Assembly: GCA_031292195.1 (NCBI GenBank)
Contig: JARLHP010000198.1
Span: 432-64,431 of the forward strand
Direction of reading: 5' to 3'
Source: Syntrophobacteraceae bacterium
GTDB lineage: Bacteria > Desulfobacterota > Syntrophobacteria > Syntrophobacterales > Syntrophobacteraceae
Length of the DNA stretch: 64,000 nt
Program-made: the position numbers and the translations under genes
Notes under the pieces: generated by a model
What the model was told of the DNA's origin: nothing
The model's database searches: none
What the model saw: only the letters and a program-made list of their open reading frames with translations
Part shown: positions 17,528 through 26,000 of the stretch, piece after piece
Layout of the letters: every line of letters starts with the position of its first letter
Numbering within the stretch: the first letter of the stretch is position 1

Positions 17528-19261
17528 TTGCCGCAAGTAAGCTTCAACGGCCATAAATTCACCCTGGAGGCCGAGCGGGGCGAAACCCTGCTCTCCTGCA
17601 TACGACGCGGCGGTCTCAAAGCCGAGTCCACGTGCGGAGGGCGCGGGGTGTGCGGCAAATGCCGCGTTACGGCGCAGGGTGAATTGAGTCCGCCAGACGA
17701 CGACGAACGCCGAGTCCTGGAAGGCCTGCCGGCCGAGGTCCGCCTGGCGTGCAGAGCCAGAGTCGCCGGCGACGTTTCCGTCAGCCTGGACGATTCCTGG
17801 ACTCGACTCCAGGCCGCCTCCGGTTTCGAATTTCGCGAGGTCGCCCTCGACAGTCCCGTAAAGCGCGCCCTTTTGCCGGAAAAGGGCCGCGACCCTGCCC
17901 CCTACGTCGAAACCCTTCCCTTCGGGGTCTTCGACCCGCGTCTTCTCAATGAGATTGCCGGATGGAACGCCAACAGCAGCAAGCCTTCGGCCATCCTGTT
18001 TGAAAACGAGGCCATCGACGTTCGCTTCGACGCGGCCCCGGTCCTTGGCGCCGCGGTGGACGTGGGTACAACCAGCCTTTCCCTTTGCCTGTTCGACCTG
18101 GAGAGCGGCGAAAACAAGGGCTGCAGTTCGGCCCTCAATCCCCAGACCGCCTACGGCGGCGACGTCATAACGCGCATAGATTATTGCCGAAAGGAGCGGG
18201 AGGGCCTGTCGGTCCTGCGTTGGGCCCTGATCGAACAACTGGGGGTGATGCTGGACGAGACTCTGGGGCCTGACCTCAGCCGGGACCAGGTCTATCTGAT
18301 GAGCGTTGCCGCAAATTCCACCATGCTCCACATCCTGGCGGGCGTTAATCCTGTGTCCCTGGCCCTGGCGCCTTTCCGCCCGGTTTTCTTAAAGCCCCTG
18401 GTGGTGGAAGCGGAGCGCTTCGGCCTCCCCATAGCCCCGCGGGGCAGGCTCCTACTCCTACCGGGGGCCGCGGCCTATGTGGGCGCGGATATCATCGGGG
18501 GCCTCGCGGCCATCGATTACCGCTCCATGCCCCCCTGCACTCTTTTCATCGACATCGGGACCAACGGCGAAATAGTACTGATAGAAAACTCCGAGCGGTT
18601 GGTCGCCACATCCTGCGCCATGGGACCGGCGCTGGAAGGCATGAACATCTCCTGCGGCTGCCGCGCGGTTCCCGGCGCCATCGACACGGTTACCGTGGGA
18701 GACGACATGGAACCGCGGTTTACGACCATAGGGGACTTACCGCCCATCGGCATTTGCGGGAGCGGCCTGGTCGATCTTGTCGCGGCGCTGCTTTCCACCG
18801 GCGCGATCACACCCGGCGGGGCGTTCAGCCCGGATAGAGGCGCAAAATTTGCCCACCGGCTGCGCGCGCAGCGCTATTATCTTACGGAAAACGTTTTTTT
18901 GAGTCAGAAGGACATTCGTCAGGTCCAGCTGGCCAAGGGCGCGGCCATAACCGGAATTCTAACGCTCCTGGGCGAAGCGGGCCGCTCGGTCTCGGACCTG
19001 CGGCAGATAATCGTGGCCGGTTCTTTCGGCTATCATTTAAACCCGGAAAGCCTCAAACGCATAGGACTGCTGCCCGAGAACTATTCGGGACCGATGACCT
19101 TCGTTGGCAACTCGTCTCTTTCCGGCGCCTCGCTGGTGGTACGCAACCGGGATATGCTAAACGATATGAAACGGTTGGCCTCCCGCATCCGGGTGCTCGA
19201 ACTGGGGTCTCAACCCGGTTTCAGCAGGAAGTTCATCTCGATGCTGGATTTTCCGGCTTAA
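17528..19261 (+). CDS. RACo-type corrinoid reductive activase ([2Fe-2S] ferredoxin + ASKHA ATPase, DUF4445)
   Basis: N-terminal plant-type ferredoxin motif STCGGRGVCGKCRV, then a long ASKHA-like body (AAVDVGTTSLS..., FIDIGTNGEIVL..., GICGSGLVDL...). TTG 17528 is preceded by AGGGAG; the track start 17471 overlaps the previous gene. Confidence 0.8.
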   Translation: MPQVSFNGHKFTLEAERGETLLSCIRRGGLKAESTCGGRGVCGKCRVTAQGELSPPDDDERRVLEGLPAEVRLACRARVAGDVSVSLDDSWTRLQAASGFEFREVALDSPVKRALLPEKGRDPAPYVETLPFGVFDPRLLNEIAGWNANSSKPSAILFENEAIDVRFDAAPVLGAAVDVGTTSLSLCLFDLESGENKGCSSALNPQTAYGGDVITRIDYCRKEREGLSVLRWALIEQLGVMLDETLGPDLSRDQVYLMSVAANSTMLHILAGVNPVSLALAPFRPVFLKPLVVEAERFGLPIAPRGRLLLLPGAAAYVGADIIGGLAAIDYRSMPPCTLFIDIGTNGEIVLIENSERLVATSCAMGPALEGMNISCGCRAVPGAIDTVTVGDDMEPRFTTIGDLPPIGICGSGLVDLVAALLSTGAITPGGAFSPDRGAKFAHRLRAQRYYLTENVFLSQKDIRQVQLAKGAAITGILTLLGEAGRSVSDLRQIIVAGSFGYHLNPESLKRIGLLPENYSGPMTFVGNSSLSGASLVVRNRDMLNDMKRLASRIRVLELGSQPGFSRKFISMLDFPA

Positions 19262-19419
19262 TCGGGACTCAAGCTCACGCGAAGACGCGAAGGCGCGAAG
19301 AAAGGAAGAAAAGAAACACAGATCTAAATATCCGGATTCACCTGAGCGCCCATGGCTTGGATTTCCGCTCCAAGATCAGTCCGAAACTACAACTCTCATC
19401 TGGTACGCTGGGACAAAGA

Positions 19420-19716
19420 ATGAAGAGTATTTATCTGGGACTTCTGGCCGGCTTTCTTACGACCAGCTCCGCTTTTCCTCAATTGCTCAAATCCTACAGG
19501 ACCAAGTCCACCAAGGATTTGTCACTTGGCTATTTGACCGTCATCCTGTCCGGCGTGGCATTGTGGATTGCATATGGCTTTGTCATTTCCGACGTTCCGG
19601 TCATAGTCACCAACAGCCTTTCCTTTCTGCCCCTGAGCTGCACGCTGTATCTGAAACTCAGATGGGATGTGTTCGATCGTACAGCTGCCAATAAGCCGGG
19701 CCTGAAAGATATCTGA
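19420..19716 (+). CDS. SemiSWEET / PQ-loop family transporter
   Basis: ~98 aa with three TM helices and a PQ motif (SAFPQLLKSYRTKST). Confidence 0.7.
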   Translation: MKSIYLGLLAGFLTTSSAFPQLLKSYRTKSTKDLSLGYLTVILSGVALWIAYGFVISDVPVIVTNSLSFLPLSCTLYLKLRWDVFDRTAANKPGLKDI

Positions 19717-19987
19717 GAGGAATTGAAATTCCGCTCGGAAGACACCGTATCCGCCTGAAATTCTTTGCGGCCGTTTTTCTCATAAGCCATATTGCCCCGC
19801 CTTCCACCATTACGCACCCCGCCGGATGTCCACCACCGCCCCGGGCCGCCGGCCTCTGAAACAAATTGTTACACACCGTTACCGGGCCGAGAAGCATTCC
19901 CTCCAAGGCTCATGTACTCTTGAAGCACAAAGGGAGCGGTTACCCTTGCATGGAAATGGAGAACATTTTTGCCAGGGAGAGATCGAA

Positions 19988-20482
19988 ATGGAAAGAGCAA
20001 GAAAAGGTTTTGCGGCGATATTGGCGGTTTTTCTTATCTCATCGGTCTTGAGCGCCGGAGTTGCGGTTGCCGGGCCCTACGGTTCACGCGGGAGGCTGTT
20101 CCACTCTCCCATGGCAAGACTCATGGAGAGACTCGATCTATCGGATGCTCAGAAGACTACGCTTGCCGGCATACTCAAACAAAACGAAGCCAACGCCAGA
20201 AGCATTGTTGCCGGTCTGGCCAACGCCAGAGCGCAACTGGCCAAGGACATCCTTAGCGGCGGCGGATCGAGCGTTATTGCCTCCGATTCGAGCAACGTGG
20301 CCACCTATGCCGTTCAGGCCGACCAGTTGAGGGCCCAAATCATGGCGCAGATGATCCCGGTGTTGTCCGCGGCCCAGAAAACCAAACTCCAAAAGCTCCA
20401 TGACCAAATCGGCTCGAACGTCGACGCCGCGGTACAGATCGGCTTTGCGCATCTGGATAACTGGATCGCCGACCATCAATAG
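19988..20482 (+). CDS. Periplasmic Spy/CpxP-family (LTxxQ) protein
   Basis: Signal peptide (FAAILAVFLISSVLSAGVAVA) and two LxxxQ-type helices (LSDAQKTTLAGIL, LSAAQKTKLQKL). Internal ATG 19988 is preceded by GGGAGAG. Confidence 0.65.
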   Translation: MERARKGFAAILAVFLISSVLSAGVAVAGPYGSRGRLFHSPMARLMERLDLSDAQKTTLAGILKQNEANARSIVAGLANARAQLAKDILSGGGSSVIASDSSNVATYAVQADQLRAQIMAQMIPVLSAAQKTKLQKLHDQIGSNVDAAVQIGFAHLDNWIADHQ

Positions 20483-20601
20483 ACGAAGCTCGAACCCGGC
20501 TGTGCAAAACAGGTTCACACGCCGGACATGGTCGAAGATGACGGGTGGCCATGTCGCCACCCGTTACTCCGAGCGAAGGAAATCTCGGGAAAGGAGCGAA
20601 G

Positions 20602-20856
20602 ATGGTAAAGCAGCGCGAGTTTTTGGGCCTTCAGACCGAATTCTCTTTGCCGAAATGGTTCGGGAGAGGTTATCAAATCAAGATGCGGGCTATTTGGACT
20701 ACGTTGCTCGGCATATCATGCTGGACGGCCGTTGCATGGCTGGTTTGGAACCACGTCCTGCCGGAGTTTTTAACCGGCGCCGGTTTTTTTCTGTCGCTGG
20801 GATTGGGATCGTTTCTGCATATAATGTCGGTTGTCCTGGCAGACCTGGAATCCTGA
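20602..20856 (+). CDS. Small two-TM membrane protein
   Basis: ATG 20602 is preceded by AAGGAG, and two hydrophobic segments are present. No family assigned. Confidence 0.4.
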   Translation: MVKQREFLGLQTEFSLPKWFGRGYQIKMRAIWTTLLGISCWTAVAWLVWNHVLPEFLTGAGFFLSLGLGSFLHIMSVVLADLES

Positions 20857-20917
20857 GAACCGATTTCCACCCTTTTAGAGGGGACCTTGCTTTGGGGACC
20901 AACGGAAAAGATTTGCC

Positions 20918-21622
20918 ATGAGCAGGAAAGAACGAATCCTGGTCATCGATGATGATAAAAAGCTGAACAGACTGCTCAGTGAATATCTTTCTCCTTTTGG
21001 ATATGAAGTCCTTACGGCTGCAAGTCCCGAGGAAGGCCTGCGGTATCTCAAAACTCATCCCCCGGAGCTTATCATTCTGGACATAATGCTCCCGGATGTA
21101 AACGGGTTCGAACTGTGCAAGATCATACGGGAAAATCATGCAATCCCCATTATAATGCTTACCGCCCGCGGGGAAGTTACCGACCGCATCGTAGGCCTTG
21201 AACTCGGCGCCGACGATTACCTTTCCAAACCGTTTGAACCCAGGGAACTGGTCGCGCGCATCCAGGCCGTGCTCCGCCGGGCTGTCGGCGCTCCCAGGCC
21301 TCAGGTCCGCTCCTTCGGAAGGCTCAGTATCGACTCCGGCAAACGCAAAGCCTTACTGGACGGTCAACCCCTTTCTCTAACGACCAATGAATTTGCCGCT
21401 CTCGCGCTTCTGGCCAGAAATGCGGGCAGGGTGCTCGACCGCGATCAGTTGCTCCAGGAGCTTCGAGGTATCGACAGCGAAGCCTTCAACCGCTCGGTGG
21501 ATATAACCATCAGCCGGTTGCGGCAAAAACTCGGGGACGACCCCAAGGACCCCTCGTTTATAAAGACTGTCTGGGGAGCAGGATATCTTTTCGTTGCGGA
21601 GGACCCGCGCAATGATATTTGA
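20918..21622 (+). CDS. OmpR/CpxR-type response regulator
   Basis: REC domain (ILVIDDD...IILDIMLPDVNG...LTARG...KPF) plus a winged-helix output (...VDITISRLRQKL...IKTVWGAGYLF). Confidence 0.9.
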   Translation: MSRKERILVIDDDKKLNRLLSEYLSPFGYEVLTAASPEEGLRYLKTHPPELIILDIMLPDVNGFELCKIIRENHAIPIIMLTARGEVTDRIVGLELGADDYLSKPFEPRELVARIQAVLRRAVGAPRPQVRSFGRLSIDSGKRKALLDGQPLSLTTNEFAALALLARNAGRVLDRDQLLQELRGIDSEAFNRSVDITISRLRQKLGDDPKDPSFIKTVWGAGYLFVAEDPRNDI

Positions 21623-21866
21623 CAGACTCGCCGGCCCATTGCGCTCGATACATACCCGTTTGCGGGATCTTCCCTTCATATTCGAACCATTTTACAGGGT
21701 CGATCGTTCCCGCTCCAAGGAATCCGGAGGCTTCGGCCTCGGTCTTAGCCTCTGCAAAGCAATTATGGAGGCCCACAACGGTTCGATCTCCGTTCAAAGC
21801 GTCGTGGGAAAAGGGACAACCTTCGAACTTCACTTCCCTCGCAAACCAGCCGAGAAGCTTTCATGA
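21612..21866 (+). pseudogene. Sensor histidine kinase remnant (start codon region fused to the last ~65 codons of HATPase_c)
   Basis: ATG 21612 overlaps the regulator's stop as in intact RR-HK operons. The product is only MIFDRLAGPLRSIHTRLRDLP + FIFEPFYRVDRSRSKESGGFGLGLSLCKAIMEAHNGSISVQSVVGKGTTFELHFP (G2 box onward). TM, HAMP, HisKA and N/G1 boxes are absent. Confidence 0.7.
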
Positions 21867-21881
21867 AGCCATCCCCGTAGG

Positions 21882-22706
21882 TCACACAAAATATTCCGGT
21901 TCCCGCCGGGCGCCTCCGTACGCAAGCTCCAGTTCCTGTTTGTGGCGTAGATAATTTTCATCGTCGAAATACTTCGCCTCGACAGGACAGTTCTTGACGC
22001 AGGCACAACACTTGATGCAAATGCCTGTCACTTTGGAAACATCGTCCGAATCAATCGATCCCATGGGGCAAACTTGCGAGCAAAGCTTGCAGTCGATGCA
22101 ATCGCCGTTTGTTTTGGGAGTGACTTTCAGGATGCTGACGTTTTTACCGTCGGGGTGTTTCACCCGGTAATATTCTCTGTACGGTTTGTTCCCCTTTACG
22201 GTAAGGGCGGCGGTTTCACCAGCCGTCTTTATCTTGTCGCATATCTTGACGGCAAAACCGGACGCCGCGGCCATATCCTGTTGGTCAGGCCTGTTTGCCC
22301 CCAGCACCGTTGAAAAGGAATGCTCGCCGATAAACGCCCCACCCGCCACAACATTAAAACCGTTTGCCTCCAGAACGTCTTTCAGCTCCAGTAACGCATC
22401 GTCATAATCGCGGTTCCCGTAAAGAACGACGGCCACAGCGGTTGCCCCGTTGCCCGAAATTGTGTTCATAAATTTGAGCAGTACGTTGGGTACGCGTCCG
22501 GCGTAGACCGGTATGCCGGCAATAACGAGGTCGTCCTTATCAAACGAAAGAATTTCCTTTCGAGCCTCGGGCAGCGTAAAGTCGACATGACTAACGGGAA
22601 TGTTTCCCCCGTGATTTTCCGCAATAGTTTCGGCAATACTCTTTACAATTTTCTGAGTTGTGCTTGTCGGACTGAAATAGAGCGTCTTGATTTTCTTATT
22701 CATCAA
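21882..22706 (-). CDS. Flavodoxin-like domain fused to a 2x[4Fe-4S] ferredoxin domain
   Basis: N-terminal KTLYFSPTSTTQKI...VIAGIPVYAGRVP flavodoxin-like fold, and C-terminal CIDCKLCSQVCP...CIKCCACVKNCP. Visibly more AT-rich than neighbouring genes. Confidence 0.75.
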   Translation of the reverse strand: MMNKKIKTLYFSPTSTTQKIVKSIAETIAENHGGNIPVSHVDFTLPEARKEILSFDKDDLVIAGIPVYAGRVPNVLLKFMNTISGNGATAVAVVLYGNRDYDDALLELKDVLEANGFNVVAGGAFIGEHSFSTVLGANRPDQQDMAAASGFAVKICDKIKTAGETAALTVKGNKPYREYYRVKHPDGKNVSILKVTPKTNGDCIDCKLCSQVCPMGSIDSDDVSKVTGICIKCCACVKNCPVEAKYFDDENYLRHKQELELAYGGARREPEYFV

Positions 22707-23003
22707 TCGATCCCTCTATCTGAAATACGTTACGGTAGAATAGATTCCGGCGTCATTTAGCGGCGCCGGCGTTCCGGTCGCGGGCCACGTCGTTTACGGC
22801 ACGGCCGCCCCGCGATCCGAATCCCGCAGGGGTGCGGGGGGCTCAGCTCCCCGCTCTTTTGACCTTCCTGAATGCAACACCATTGCAAACGCCACTTCCG
22901 GTCCCTTTATATCACTTGCAATAAATTTATATAATTGCGAAAAAGAAATTCGAAGAGACAATGCAACCCGCATCCGCAAACTGCTCCAGGCTGTTGATAA
23001 CCT

Positions 23004-26000
23004 ATGGAATTGGATCACTTCATATCGAAATGCGTTGTTTTGGACCTGGAGGCGGGAAGTAACAGGATTTTCAAGATCGGAGCGATCCTCGGGGACACGG
23101 TTTTTGAAAAAGAAAAATTCGATATCGGGCCGGCCCTGAAAGAACTCGACCGGTTTGCCGCCCCGGCTGACTTTTTGCTCGGCCACAACCTGCTCGGGCA
23201 CGATCTTCCCATCCTGAGAAAAGCCAACCCGGCCCTGAACATTTTCGACAAGCCGGTCATCGATACCCTTTTTCTATCCCCCCTCGCCTTTCCGGAAAAT
23301 CCCTATCATCGCCTGGTAAAAGACTACAAGCTGGTAAAAGACGCCCTGAGCGATCCCGTTGCCGACTCTCGAATCGCACTTTCGCTGTTTTGCGACCAGT
23401 GGGAAAAGTTTTCCAAAATGGCTGCGGACGGCTATTCCGACATTCTCTCCTTCTATCGCTATTGCTTTCTGTCGGCAGTTAAAGACGGCCAACCGGACTT
23501 TTCGGGCATCTCCGCCTTTCTCCAAATATCAGGCGCCCATGATTTGGGTTCGCAGGAAGCCCGGGCCGTCTTTACAAGGCATGTCTCAGAGCAGGTATGC
23601 CGCACGGCCCTCCGGGAGCTTTTCGCGGATGCGCCCGACCCCGGCGAAAAAACGCCTGCCCTCTCCTATGTACTGGCCTGGCTGAGGGTGGCGGGCGCAA
23701 ACTCAGTCCTCCCCCCTTGGGTGAGAAAACGTTTCCCCGCGATTTCCACCATCGCGGGCAAACTCCGTGACGTCCCCTGCGGCCACGCCGACTGCTCCTG
23801 GTGCCGGGTGACTCATGATTCCAGCGAACAACTCAAACGTTTTTTCGCCTTTTCCTCCTTTCGCGATAAACCCGCCGGCCCGACCGGTCAAAGCCTCCAG
23901 AAAGCAGTGGTCGATGGCGGTATGGCAGGTCGTCCCCTGCTTGCCATTTTCCCCACCGGGGGAGGCAAATCGATCTGCTACCAGTTACCCGCCTTGGTGC
24001 GGCATTATCGCCGAGGGGCCCTCACCATCGTCATCTCGCCGCTTCAGGCCCTCATGAAGGACCAGGTCGACAACCTCGCCTCCAGGACGGGCACGCCCTA
24101 TGCCGCAGCCCTGAACGGACTCCTCACTCCCCCTCAAAGACGTGATGTCCTGGAGCGAACCGCCCTTGGGGATGTGGCCCTGCTCTACGTCGCCCCCGAG
24201 CAGTTCCGAAACGACTCGTTTCGAAAAGCGATCGCCCAGAGGGAAATCGGCGCCTGGGTCTTTGACGAAGCCCATTGCCTGTCGAAGTGGGGACATGATT
24301 TTCGGCCCGATTACCTTTATGCCGGGCGGTTCATTCGGGAATATTCCGCGGAGCAAACCACCCCCATGGCTCCGGTTTCCTGCTTTACGGCAACCGCCAA
24401 GCAGGAAGTGATCGAAGAGATAATAGAATATTTCAGGCGCGAAACCGGCCAGGAACTCGAACTTTTCCAAGGCGGACTGGAGCGCGAAAACCTGCACTTC
24501 GAAGTGCGGACCTGCACCCGAAGCGAAAAACTTGAAACCATCCATTTGGTTTTGGCCGAACACCTGCCCGAAAGCCTCTCGGGTGGGGCCATAGTCTACG
24601 TGGCCACCAGGCGCAACGCGGATCTCACCGCCCAGTTCCTCAAATCCCGGGGCTGGCCGGCCGCAGCGTTTCATGCCGGCCTTGACCCTTCGGTAAAAAA
24701 TCTTGTTCAGGAACAGTTTCTGGCCGGAGATCTTCAGGTCATAGCAGCCACAAACGCCTTCGGAATGGGAGTAGACAAAAGCGATGTGCGCCTGGTTCTC
24801 CATGCCGACATCCCCGGCTCGCTGGAAAGCTACATCCAGGAAGCGGGCAGGGCCGGCCGGGACCTTCGCGATTCCAAATGCGTTCTGCTCTACGACGAAC
24901 AGGATATCGAGACCCAATTCAAACTGGGGGCAAGGTCGGAGCTAAGCCGCAAGGACATCGCCCAAATCCTGAGGTCCATAAGGAGAGCCCGGAAGGAGGG
25001 CTCGGAAGATGTGGTACTCACAGCCGGAGAAATCCTTCGCCAGGAAGATCTGGATACCAGCTTCGACGCCGGCGACTCAACGGCGGAAACGAAGGTCAAA
25101 ACCGCTATCGCCTGGCTCGAAAGGGCCAGGTTCCTGGAGCGAAATGAAAACCACACGCGGGTCTTCCAGGGCAGGGTCCTGGTCCAAAACCTGGAGGAGG
25201 CCGAAAAAAGAATTGCCGGACTAAATCTGTCCGCTACCCAGAAGACCAGGTGGCTGGCCATTCTTCGCGAAATCATGAATGCTCCCCGGGACCGGGGTAT
25301 GAGCGCCGATTCTCTGGCCGAACTGAGCGAATTTGAAAAGGGGGCCGCCGGCCTCAATGGACCCGGGAAGGAAACCCCCTCCCAGCGCGTAATCCGCACC
25401 CTGCACGACATGGCGGTGGCCGGTCTTATCGAAAAGGGCCTGGTTCTAAGCGCCTACGTGCGCTACAAGGTAAAGAGCCACTCGCACCAGGTGCTCGAAA
25501 ACAGTTGCCGCATCGAAAATGAAATGCTCAAGATCATGAGGGAGGAAATCCCGGATGCGGCCGATCTGGGCTGGCTCGACCTTTCGCTCGGAAAAATCAA
25601 CAGCCGTATCAAAAACCAGGCCCCGGAGTGCAGCGTCGATTCCCTGCGGTCCATCCTCATGAGCATCAGCATGGACGGCAAAGGATTTGGCGGCGGGAAG
25701 GCAGGCCTGCAATACCGGCATATCTACGGAGATTTCTACAAGGTAAAGCTCAATCTCGACTGGGACTCCCTCCTCGCCATGGCCCGCAAGCGGCAGAAAA
25801 TCGCCAGGGCCATTCTGGATGGAATCTTTTCGCAGATCCCCTCCGATACCCCTCCCGGCGCCGATCTCCTGGTCAGCTTTTCCAGTGAGGAACTGGCCAA
25901 AACCTTTCAAGCCAACTTATTTCTAGCCAATGAAGATGTCCTTACGGCCATCGACCGGGGGCTCCTTTTCCTCCACGAGCAACGAGCGATCATCCTGAAG

